Notes under the pieces: model-generated
What the model saw: the letters and a program-made list of their open reading frames with translations, nothing else
Database searches by the model: none
What the model was told of the DNA's origin: nothing
Part shown: positions 19,986 to 29,600 of the stretch, piece after piece
Layout: each line of letters opens with the position of its first letter
Position numbering within the stretch: the first letter of the stretch is position 1
Program-made: the position numbers and the translations under genes
Assembly (NCBI GenBank): GCA_020438795.1
Contig: JAGQTY010000003.1
Coordinates: 103,913 to 167,912, forward strand
DNA from: Actinomycetota bacterium
GTDB lineage: Bacteria; Actinomycetota; Actinomycetes; S36-B12; GCA-2699445
Length of the DNA stretch: 64,000 nucleotides
Reading direction: 5' to 3'

Positions 19986-22630
19986 TCAGCCGTTGCCGGG
20001 GCGGGCTGATGCCGCGCTCACCCTGAACCCGAATCTCTTCAGGGTTCTTTTGGTGTGGCTGCTGGCATCGAGACGCAGGGCATTGCTCTTTGTGACCGTC
20101 TTCGGTGCCGTGCTGTCGAGCCCGGTGATGGTGGAGCCACTGAGGCTCACCTTCTTCACCCGTGCCGCCTTGGCCAGCGAGAACCTCTCAATGACGCTTC
20201 CTTGCGCGGTCATCTTGAGGAGCCGGGCAGCGGCGAAGCTCACCGCTTTCATGTGCGAACCCTGCAAGGTCACGTCGGTGAGACTCGCGCCGGTGAACCG
20301 GACCCGGTCCTGTCGCGACCGCATCATTGAGACGCCACGCAGCTGAGCACCGGCCATGCTCGTCCTCTTGATGGTGGCCTTGCGCAGGGTTACGTCGCGG
20401 AGGGTCGCATTCCTGAGCCGGACCTTGGTCAGCGTTGCGCCGTTCAGGGTGGAGTCCTTGATAGTGACACCGGCCCACTTGGTACCGACCAGAGACGCGC
20501 CCTTGAACGTGACGTCCTGCAGTGACTGCCCTCCGATCAGGGTGCCGTGGAGCTTGGCACCACGGAAGGCCGTGCCGGACATCTGACCCTCGCTGCTCAG
20601 CGATGACACAGCAGCACTGGCGGCACTGTCGAGAGATCTGGCGTTCCTGAGGTCGGTGTCAGTCAGGTCAGCGTTCGAGAAGTCGGTCTCGTGCAGGATC
20701 GCCTCCCTCACATCTGCCCCACTCACGTCTGCAACGCTGAGGTCCGCGAATGCCAGGTTCGCCCCGTGCAGACTCGCGCCGCTCAGGTTCGCTCCTGACA
20801 GGTTGGCCGACTCGAAGTTCACGCCCGAGAGGTCCTGGCCGCTGAGGTCCATCCCGGACAGATCGGCACCCTCACAGGTCACCGGACCGCAGACGTCTCG
20901 CAGGAATGGCGGCGGCGGATTCCACGTGGGAGTGAGAGTAGGTGACGTGGTGGTCGGCGTCGGCGTCGGCGTGTCACTCGGCGAAGGGGTCGGACCCGGC
21001 GACTCGGTCGGAGTCGGGCTCGGTGACGGAGAGGCCCCCACCCCTGTACCCGACAGCGCCACCTGCTGCGGACTGCCCGCGGCGTCGTCTGTCATGTCCA
21101 GGGAGGCGGCGGACTCACCGGTGACCTGCGGCGCGAAGGCGACCTTCACGGTGCAGGAATCTCCGACTCCAACAGTGGTGGTGCTGCACGCATCCTCTGA
21201 CGTCATGAAGCTCCCGGCTCCCGCGCCGCTCAGGCCGACAGAGTCCACGGTCAACGGGGCAGTCCCCGAGTTCGTGACTGTCACCGTCTGAGGATCAGAG
21301 GTAGTGCCAACATCCTGTGGGTCGAAGGCCACCGCTCCCGGAGCTACCTCAGCATTAGGTGCCCTGGTGTTGGGAAAGACCATGGTCGCGGGACCGCTCG
21401 GCGACTGCTGCATCGCGACGGCCAGGCTCGGGACGCCATATAGGAGATCGCCAAGAGCAACTCCATGCGGAACGGTACCGGTGCCAGTCGAAGTACTGCT
21501 GGGGGCGGCGAACGTGCCGTCGCCATTGCCCAACAGCGTGCTGACCGAGGAACCACCGCTATCAGCGGTAACGAGATCGACGAAGGTGTCGCCGTTCACG
21601 TCATCAGCCACGATGGACTCCGGTTGCGTCGCCGGGCCCATTGTCGCCGCCTCTCCGAACGTGCCGTCTCCAGCTCCCATGAGTACGCTGACTCCCGCAC
21701 GATCGGCGTCGGCCGCGCCGAATCCTGCGCTGGCGACATCCAGTCTCATGTCTCCATCGAAGTCAGCAAGCACCAGGGAACGGGGCGAGGGACGTTGGTT
21801 TCCCGTGGAGAAGTAGCTGATGTCCTCAGGGGGGAAGGTGCCATCGCCCTGGCCCAGCATCACGATCACGTTTCCTGCATACTCGGACCCCCCCACGGCA
21901 ACCACATCGAGATTGCTATCGCCGTTGACCAGCCCAATGGCGACACCGGACGTGGCGTTAGTGTTGTCGCCGTTCACGGTGACCGGACTATTGTCGAGGA
22001 AGTTCCCTGGATCTTCCGCGTTGTTCAGAAGGACACTCACCGTACCGGTTCCGCCGTCCCAAGAGTGCATACTACTCGCCACAATGTCCGGGAAGGTATC
22101 GCCATTCAGGTCACCAACCGCCAGTGAACTCGGCGTCCCGGCCACATCGAACGACCGCGCTGTGCCAAGGGACCCTGACCCATTGCCGGGCCACATGGTG
22201 ACCCTGTTGGCGTTCGCCACAATGACATCCAGATCATCGTCGTCATTGAAGTCACCAACAGCAACCGCCCTGGGGAAGGTGTTGTTATCCATCGAATAGT
22301 CGGGCGCAGGGTCGCCGAAGGTGCCACCGGCCTGACCCAGGCGCACCTGCAGGGCACCCGTGACACCTACGTTACCCGTGGACAACAGGTCCAGATACTC
22401 GTGATCGTTGAGGTGCGCGAAGGTCGTGGCCCTCCATGTACCAGTGCCCGCTACCGCATACGGCGCGGGCGTTTCCAGGGGTTCCCCGGGTCGACGGCAC
22501 CAGCCAGACCCGGTATCAGCACCAGCGAACCGGTCACGGCGGCACACGTCGCTGAGACCGCCATTCGTTTCCCTCGGGCGCGCCGCCGCTGACGTGCGGA
22601 CGGAACACTGGCGGAAGATCGACGCTTCAT
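19986..22630 (-). CDS. FG-GAP/VCBS propeller + choice-of-anchor-D + PT linker + long pentapeptide-repeat region; apparent 1-nt frameshift after the signal peptide
   Basis: Ca-loop-like repeats GDFNDDDDLDV, GDLNGDTFPDI, GLVNGDSNLDV, ADFDGDMRLDV, DDVNGDTFVDL. Then VTVTNSGTAPLTVDSV...CTVKVAFAP...LSGTGVG, a P/T/S linker, and ADLSGMDLSGQDLSGVNFESANLSGANLSGASLHGANLAFADL... The long ORF (open to 22661) has no signal peptide. A signal peptide (MKRRSS...RMAVSATCAAVTGSLVLIPGLAGA) starts at 22630 in the adjacent frame and stops at 22451-22453. Confidence 0.7.
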
Positions 22631-22770
22631 TCGGCCATGCTGACTCAGAAACAGGTTTCATTGCCTGTCAGCAAGAGTCACTCACCGTAATGGATGCACC
22701 GCCTCAAGCCCGGTACTGAGGGGTGATTGCTGACCAGCTCCGCTCGCCCCACGGATACGTCCCCAGCCGG

Positions 22771-23145
22771 TCAGGTGCTCTGGTCCGGCAGCATGGCCGC
22801 CAGTTCGTCCCGCAGCTCGCGGCACTGCAGCGCGACCGCCGCGCGGGCCTGCGGATCGTGGTCGGGGCTGCCCAGCAGCGCCTCGGCACGCCCCGCGATC
22901 ACCGAGCCCTGCATGTGGCCGAAGGTGCCCAGCACGCCGTGGAGCTTGTGTGCCATCATCAGCCCATCCTCGGCCGGCTCCCCCGGACCGGCCTGCAGCG
23001 CAAGCTCCACTACCTGCAAGCGTTCCACCAGGGCGGGCAACCGCTCCTGCCACAACGGCACCAGCAGTTCCGGCACGGACCAGCCCGCCGTGCCGCCACG
23101 ACCCGCCTCAGACCCGGGCGTGCCCCGCTCAGTCTCCTCCGCCAC
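22771..23145 (-). CDS. Stand-alone histidine phosphotransfer (Hpt) domain protein
   Basis: MMAHKLHGVLGTFGH matches the Hpt AHxLKGxxxxxG phospho-His motif. The ~124-aa protein looks helical. The GTG start lies 7 nt after the GT2 stop. Confidence 0.7.
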   Translation of the reverse strand: MAEETERGTPGSEAGRGGTAGWSVPELLVPLWQERLPALVERLQVVELALQAGPGEPAEDGLMMAHKLHGVLGTFGHMQGSVIAGRAEALLGSPDHDPQARAAVALQCRELRDELAAMLPDQST

Positions 23146-23151
23146 CGCTGT

Positions 23152-24609
23152 CTAGCTCCCCCCGCCGGCCGTCGTCGGCCCAGCTGACTTCGACTTCGCG
23201 CTGAGGCCAGTCCTGGTCATGGTGCCCCAGGAGGACTCCCGTCCCAGGACGCCGCTCACCACACCCCTGATCCGCCACCAGGCATGGATCTGACGGAATC
23301 CGACGTTCTCCAGGATGGAGGCCGCCACGAGCAGCAGCAGATTCCTGCTGCCCCGGTAGGTCTCCGAGGTCACGTCGTCGATCACCACCGAGGCCAGCGA
23401 CACCAGAATCCCGTAGCCGATCGCCACGAGGAAGAACAGGATGGCGAACGGGATGTTGATCGCGCCGAAGATCAGGCCCAGTATCACCGCGACAAGACCC
23501 AGAAGCTCCAGGAAGGGTCCGAGCACCTCGAACAGCAGGAAGTACGGGAGCACCACCATTCCCACTCGGCCGTAGCGCGGATTGAACATCATTCTGCGGT
23601 GCTTGATCAGCAACTCCGTCAGCCCCTGGGACCAGCGACGGCGCTGCCGTCCCAGCACCTTGAAGGTCTCGGGCACCTCGGTCCAGTTCACGGTGTCCGG
23701 CACCAGCATCATCCGGTAGGGACGCTTCTCGTTGCGCATCCGGTGATGGATAGTGGCGACCAGTTCAGCGTCCTCGCCCATACAGTCCAGATCGAACCCG
23801 CCGGACTCGATCACGATGTCACGGCGGAACAAGCCGAACGCGCCCGAGATGATCAGCAGGCCGTTGATGGCGGTCCAGCCGACCCGGCCCAGCAGGAAGG
23901 CACGCAGATACTCCACGACCTGGATGCGCGGCAGCCACTTGTCGGGCATCCCGGTGGCGATCAGCTCGCCCCGGTCAATCTCGCAGCCGTTGGCCACCCG
24001 AATGACACCGCCGGTGGCAACCACGTGCTCGGGGTCGTTCACGAACGGCTGCGCCACGCGCAGCAGGCCATCGCGATCCATGACGCAGTCGGCGTCCACG
24101 ATGCTGACCAGTTCGTGCCGGGCGATGTTGATGCCGACGTTGGATGCGTCTGCTCGCCGTCCGGCGTTCTCCTTGCGGACCACGACCAGGTTCTCACCGC
24201 CGCGGGGAACGTGGACCGACTTCACCTGCCCAATCGTGGGCACGTAGCTCTCGACCACCACAGGAACCTCGCGCAGGTCGAACTCCTCGGCCAGCCGCGC
24301 GAACGTCTCGTCCTTGGAGCCGTCCTCGACCACGACCACCTCGAAGGTCGGATACTCGAGTTCGAGCATCGAACGCACCGAGTCGACGATCCCCGCCTCC
24401 TCGTTGTAGGCGGCCACCACCAGAGAGATCCCCGGCCAGAGCGGGCTCGTGGACGATTCCTGGTAACCCCGCAGCGGGGCGCGCCGGTATTCACTGGGGA
24501 CCTCGAAGGCGCTGATGATCACGAAGACCAGGTAGGAACTGTTGATCGCCAGGAAGTAGAACAGCACGATGATGTTGAACCAGAGCAGGATCTCGTCGAC
24601 GACACTCAC
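23152..24609 (-). CDS. Processive family-2 membrane glycosyltransferase (PgaC/IcaA/NodC/BcsA-like polysaccharide synthase)
   Basis: N-terminal TM helix, VVVEDGSKDET, IVDADCV (DxD), GEDAEL, QRRRWSQG (Q(R/Q)xRW), and 3-4 C-terminal TM helices. The GTG start overlaps the upstream stop (GTGA at 24606-24609). Confidence 0.9.
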   Translation of the reverse strand: MSVVDEILLWFNIIVLFYFLAINSSYLVFVIISAFEVPSEYRRAPLRGYQESSTSPLWPGISLVVAAYNEEAGIVDSVRSMLELEYPTFEVVVVEDGSKDETFARLAEEFDLREVPVVVESYVPTIGQVKSVHVPRGGENLVVVRKENAGRRADASNVGINIARHELVSIVDADCVMDRDGLLRVAQPFVNDPEHVVATGGVIRVANGCEIDRGELIATGMPDKWLPRIQVVEYLRAFLLGRVGWTAINGLLIISGAFGLFRRDIVIESGGFDLDCMGEDAELVATIHHRMRNEKRPYRMMLVPDTVNWTEVPETFKVLGRQRRRWSQGLTELLIKHRRMMFNPRYGRVGMVVLPYFLLFEVLGPFLELLGLVAVILGLIFGAINIPFAILFFLVAIGYGILVSLASVVIDDVTSETYRGSRNLLLLVAASILENVGFRQIHAWWRIRGVVSGVLGRESSWGTMTRTGLSAKSKSAGPTTAGGGS

Positions 24610-25691
24610 GACAGCGACTCCCCGCCGGAGTCCGGGCCACGCTGTGACGGTATGCGGGCCAGCGCCTCTCTCGCGTACGCCTCAGCACTGCTGCCTGGTG
24701 GCAGATCTCTGAGCGTGGCTCGGCCTGCGGGGCCGGCTGCTGCCAGGGATTCCGCGGTGGCCCGGCACACACTCGGGCTCGGATCGGACAGTTCCTGCCT
24801 CAGATACTCCAGCACCTGGGAGTCATCCAGGCTGGCCAACGCCCGCACCGCAGCAGCTCGCACCATCGGGCCCTCCGCCAGGCACATGCGAAGGGGGGCT
24901 CGGACGTCCTGGCCTCCCACGCGACCGAGTGCTCGAATCAGCTGGACCTTGGTCCAGGGGTCATTCTCCTTGCTCAGCGCCGCCACCAGCGCGTCCCTGG
25001 CGTCGAACAGATTGAGCAGACCGATGACCTGGGCCGCCACTCGCCTGGTGATCGCGTCGCGATCCTGCAGGGCGGCTGCGAGAGCCAGCTCGCCCTCGGG
25101 GCCGATGGCGAGCAGCGCCGTCGCCACGACGACCGGAGAGTTGCCGTTGCGGCGGTGCAGCGATGCCAGGAGGGTGGGCGCCGCCGCCGCATCCTCCAGC
25201 CGGCCGACGGCACGCACGGCAGCCTGGCGCACATCAGCGTCGGGATCGGTGATGAGCGCGCGGATCCTGGCCGCTGCTTCTTCGACGCGCATCGAGCCCA
25301 GCAATTCACATGCGATCGCCCGAGCGAAGGGTCGACGGGAGCGGAGCCTCTCCTGCCCCCACTCGGGGAACCGGGAACGCACCAAGTACTCACGCAGGTT
25401 GTCCCGTCCCTCGCCGGTCACCGTGTTGATGATGCGGCAGGCGCTCAGCACGATGCTCCGGGCGACGCGTCGGTCAGAGGGGAGCCTCAACGGCTCCACC
25501 TCCTCGGGACCAAGTGCCATCGCCGTCAGCATGTGCTTGCGGGCCTGCTCCACCTGTGGGGCGGCGGCACGCTCACGGCGCTCATCGAGCAGCCGATAGC
25601 CAAGGGTGTAGAGGATCGCCAGAATGCTCAGCGAGAACAGGCCGATCGCGACCCAGAAGAGGATCTCGATCGGGACCGATATCGGACTCAT
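24606..25691 (-). CDS. Membrane-anchored HEAT-repeat protein
   Basis: Start MSPISVPIEILFWVAIGLFSLSILAILY (one TM helix). Then at least 5 HEAT/PBS-lyase-like repeats: DPDADVRQAAVRAVGRL, DRDAITRRVAAQVIGLL, DPWTKVQLIRALGRVG, GPMVRAAAVRALASL, DPSPSVCRATAESLAAAG. Confidence 0.75.
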   Translation of the reverse strand: MSPISVPIEILFWVAIGLFSLSILAILYTLGYRLLDERRERAAAPQVEQARKHMLTAMALGPEEVEPLRLPSDRRVARSIVLSACRIINTVTGEGRDNLREYLVRSRFPEWGQERLRSRRPFARAIACELLGSMRVEEAAARIRALITDPDADVRQAAVRAVGRLEDAAAAPTLLASLHRRNGNSPVVVATALLAIGPEGELALAAALQDRDAITRRVAAQVIGLLNLFDARDALVAALSKENDPWTKVQLIRALGRVGGQDVRAPLRMCLAEGPMVRAAAVRALASLDDSQVLEYLRQELSDPSPSVCRATAESLAAAGPAGRATLRDLPPGSSAEAYAREALARIPSQRGPDSGGESLS

Positions 25692-25704
25692 GGCGGACCC
25701 GGGG

Positions 25705-26073
25705 TCAGACTCGTCCGATGTAGCGCCGCAACCGCGACTGCAGTTCCACGAGGCTGAACGGCTTGACGATGTAGTCATCTGCGCCGACCTCGAAACCCCT
25801 GTCGACATCGTGCTCCTGACCACGCGCGGTGAGCAGCACGATCGGCACCTCCGCGAGATCGGCATCAGCGCGCAGTTGCCGGCAGACGTCGATCCCGTTG
25901 AGCCTCGGCATCATGATGTCTAGGAGCACAAGGTCGGGCTTGAGCTCGCGGGCGCGCGCGAGCCCGGTCTCCCCATCCCCGGCACTGTGGACTGTGTGGC
26001 CGGAGACACCCAGGCGCAGCGTGACGATGTCCCGGATGTTCTCGTCGTCATCGATCACCAGTACGTCTGCCAT
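25705..26073 (-). CDS. Single-domain response regulator (REC only)
   Basis: VLVIDDDE, LVLLDIMMPRLNG, VLLTARG and YIVKPF. All phospho-acceptor pocket residues are present. Confidence 0.9.
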   Translation of the reverse strand: MADVLVIDDDENIRDIVTLRLGVSGHTVHSAGDGETGLARARELKPDLVLLDIMMPRLNGIDVCRQLRADADLAEVPIVLLTARGQEHDVDRGFEVGADDYIVKPFSLVELQSRLRRYIGRV

Positions 26074-26167
26074 TGCGATTGCTCCAGATATCGCAGTTCA
26101 GCAAGACCCTACTGACCTCGCACAGCTGAGTCGCGTTGAGCGCTGCCCGGGTGCGCCCGCAGGTGAC

Positions 26168-26192
26168 GCGGGTCGCCACAGCAGCGACCCGC
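26168..26192. promoter_or_regulatory. Perfect 9-bp inverted repeat GCGGGTCGC-n7-GCGACCCGC just upstream of a TATAGT -10-like hexamer, in the divergent REC/REC intergenic region
   Basis: Read directly from the sequence. TATAGT lies at 26196-26201 and ATG 26237 lies downstream. Confidence 0.3.
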
Positions 26193-26236
26193 GCCCTATA
26201 GTCGGGAGCACACCGTCTCACACCACTTGGGCGCCC

Positions 26237-26620
26237 ATGAAAGCTCGGATTCTTCTCGTCGACGACGAGGACGACATCAGAACCATCGCCCAGATGTGCC
26301 TTCAGGATCTGGGCGGATTCGAGACGGTCGTCGCCTCCTCCGGACCCGAGGCACTCGAGGAGGTGGGCAGGCGGTGCCCCGATGCGATCCTGCTGGACAT
26401 GATGATGCCCGGGATGGACGGTATGGAGACCCTCGCCCGGCTACGCGAGATCACCGGATGCGAGGACCTGCCTATCATCTTCATGACGGCACGCTCACAG
26501 CGACGCGAGATCGAAGAGTATCTGAGCACGGGCGCGGTCGGGGTCATCACCAAACCCTTTGATCCCATGGCACTGGCGGGGCAGGTATCGGACCTCCTGG
26601 GACTGCCGGGCGAGGCCTGA
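26237..26620 (+). CDS. Single-domain response regulator (REC only)
   Basis: ILLVDDEDD, AILLDMMMPGMDG, IIFMTAR, VITKPF. The stop overlaps the start of the hybrid kinase (TGATG at 26618-26622). Confidence 0.9.
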   Translation: MKARILLVDDEDDIRTIAQMCLQDLGGFETVVASSGPEALEEVGRRCPDAILLDMMMPGMDGMETLARLREITGCEDLPIIFMTARSQRREIEEYLSTGAVGVITKPFDPMALAGQVSDLLGLPGEA

Positions 26621-29600
26621 TGGAGCCGGCACCCATCCCGGATGACGACGCTGAGCGGTTACAGGCGCTCTACGAACTCGAGGTACTCGACACCGACCCC
26701 GATCCGGAACTCGACCGGATCACTCAGGTGGCGGCCGAGTACTTCGGCGTCCCGATCTCCCTCATCACCCTGGTCGACGAGCACCGGCAGTGGTTCAAGT
26801 CCCGGACCGGTTGGGACGCCTCGGAGGGCCCGCGAGAGACTTCGTTCTGCGGACACGTGATTACGGGCGAAGAGCCCATGATCGTTCCGGACTCCACGCG
26901 CGACCCCCGCTTCTTCGACAATCCGGACGTGATCGGGGAACCCAAGATCCGCTTCTACGCGGGGACACCACTGCACGGGCCGGACCGGCACCGTCTGGGC
27001 ACCCTATGCATCGTGGATCTGAAACCCCGAGAGCTCGATCCGGCCCAGCAGCGGATGCTCCGGGTCCTTGCGGAGGCCGCGGAACGGGCTCTGGTCAACA
27101 CCTGGCAACGGCGGCGCTATGCTCAGGCGCTCACGGCCGAGACGCGACTGGCGGCCGGACTGCGGACCACTGCCGCAGGCTGGCTCATCTGGGATGAGGA
27201 TGCCACGATTCTGGACGTGAATCCTGGGCTGCAACGGATTCTGGGCTATCGGTCGGAGGAACTGGTCGGAACGAGCGCGAAACAGCTGTTCCCGGGGGAT
27301 GGCCTCAGCACTCTCTGCCGCGATGCGGCAGACAACGCGCCACGAGCGCCACACCGACTGGCCGCGGCCGCGCGTGACGGTAGCACCGTTCCCGTGAGCG
27401 CAGTGGTGAGCGAACTGGAGATCCGCGAGCAGCGACAATACGTCGGGATCTTCACCGATCTGACAGAGCTGGTCCAGGCCGAGGACGAGCTGTCACAGTT
27501 CTTCAAGCTGTCATTCGACCTGCTGTGCATCGCCAATAAGTACGGCCGCTTCGTCCGCCTCAACCCAGCGTTCGAGGAGGTGCTGGGATTCCCCACCCGC
27601 GAACTCCTCCAGCGTCCGATCCTCGACTGGGTGCTGCCGGAGGACCGTGAAGCCACGGCCAGAGAACTGCAGGCAGTGGCCGGTGGGGCTGAGACGCACA
27701 ACTTCGAGAACCGCTGGCGCCGCAGCGACGGCGAGGTGCGGACCCTGGTCTGGTCGGCACGCGCAGACCCGAACTCAGAGCTGATCTATGCCGCGGCGCG
27801 AGACATCACCGCCGAACGCCGCCAGTACCTGGAACTGCGACGCCTCGACGAACAGATCCGGGCATCCCCGCTGCTGATTGCGACCATGGACACGGACCTG
27901 GCGCTCACCAGCGTAAACGCAACCTGGGCATTACTGCGGGGTCCCGGCGCCGCGGGCGATCTGACGCTGGACGACCTCTACACCATGGAGGCCGCAAGAA
28001 GGATGCGCCAGGAGATCGCTCCCGAGGTGCTGGCATCCGGCTCCTGGAGCGGTGAGGTGCAGATCCGGGCCGCCCATGACCGGACCCGGACCATCAACCA
28101 GACTGTGCTGCGGCAAGTCGATGCCAGTGGACGGGCGGGCCTGTCGGTAGTGGCCCACGACGTCTCGGAGTACAAGGAACTGGACCGAATGAAGGACGAG
28201 TTCATCTCCACGGTCTCCCACGAACTGCGTACCCCTCTCACCTCGATCCGTGGCTCGCTCGGACTGGTGGCGGCAGGTGCCGCCGGCCAACTGCCGGAGA
28301 AGGCCGCCGGACTGATCGGCATCGCGAACCAGAACACCGAACGGCTCATCCGGCTCATCAACGATGTGCTGGATCTGGAGAAGATCCAGTCCGGGACGGC
28401 CGCCCTGAACCTCCACGACGAACGGATGGACCGCATCGTCTCGGAATCCCTGAGTTCGGTGGAGGGCATGGCCTCGGACAACGACGTCCAGCTCCGCTCC
28501 AGGCGCGGCGAGGATCTCCCCGAGGTCTCGGTGGATCGGGACCGGATCGTACAGGTGCTCACCAATCTGCTCTCCAACGCGATCAAGTTCTCCGAACCGG
28601 GGCAGGCCGTCGAGATTGGCAGCGCCGTCGTCGACGATGAGATACAGGTGACAGTCAAGGACTTCGGCGTCGGCATCCCGGCTGATCACCTCGAAGCCAT
28701 CTTCGGACGCTTCCAGCAGGTCGACTCCACCACCAGTCGTGCGAAGGGCGGCACCGGGCTCGGCCTGGCCATCAGCCGCGAGATCGCCCATATGCATGGC
28801 GGCACCCTCGAGGTCACGAGTGCACCGGGAGCCGGCAGCACGTTCACCCTGCGACTGCCCCTGCCCGCCGATATGGCAGCCCACCAGCCTCAGCCGAACG
28901 AGCAGGAGCAGGTGGCGCTCGCCCCCGGCCCGGACATCCTGGTCGTCGAGGACGACGACGACCTGGCCCATGTCATGATCAGTCTGCTCGAAACAGCCGG
29001 CTACTCCGCGCTCAGCGTGGACTCACTGCAATCGGCCCGGGAACGGGTGTTCTCTGTGATCCCCGACCTCGTGCTGCTGGACCTGCAGCTGCCGGACGGA
29101 CACGGGCTGGATCTCGTCCACGAGATGAAGGACGACCCGGACCTGGCAAGGGTGCCGATCATGGTCGTGACCGGTACGCGGACCAACCGGCCCGCGGTGC
29201 CCACCATCGTGGACTGGATCACCAAACCCATCACCAACGACGGGTTGCTGGCGAGTGTCGAACGGGCCCTCCTGGAGGACGAGGGCGCAACGGCGCTGAT
29301 CGTGGAGGATGACGAACAGGCCCGGACCATCATGGCCACCGTTCTGGAAGACCGCGGTCTGACGGTGATCCAGTCGGACTCGGGCGAGGCAGCCCTGCGG
29401 CTGCTCGGGTCCATCCAGCCCGACATCATCGTGCTGGACGTCGGCCTGCCCAACGTGGACGGCTTCGAGTTCATGGCGAGGCTGGCGGACACACACAGCG
29501 CCGAGACACCGGTGATCGTGTTCACAGGCAGAGAGCTCACCGAGTCCGACAGACAACGACTGACCCGCGGAATGACCACGTTCCTCACCAAGACGAAGGC

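Noticed and set aside
15587-22661. Calling the tRNA-Thr-adjacent block a genomic island or integrative mobile element
   Set aside because: No integrase, recombinase, transposase or conjugation gene is present. I could not find a direct repeat of the tRNA 3' end by eye. Only the accessory character is reported, not a mobile_element feature.
23284-25599. 771-aa plus-strand ORF spanning the GT2 and HEAT-repeat genes
   Set aside because: It is an antisense shadow ORF typical of ~70% GC DNA. Its composition is Arg/Pro/Ala/Gly-rich and it has no recognisable motifs. The opposite strand encodes proteins with clear GT2 (DAD, GED, QRRRW) and HEAT signatures and has coupled start/stop overlaps.
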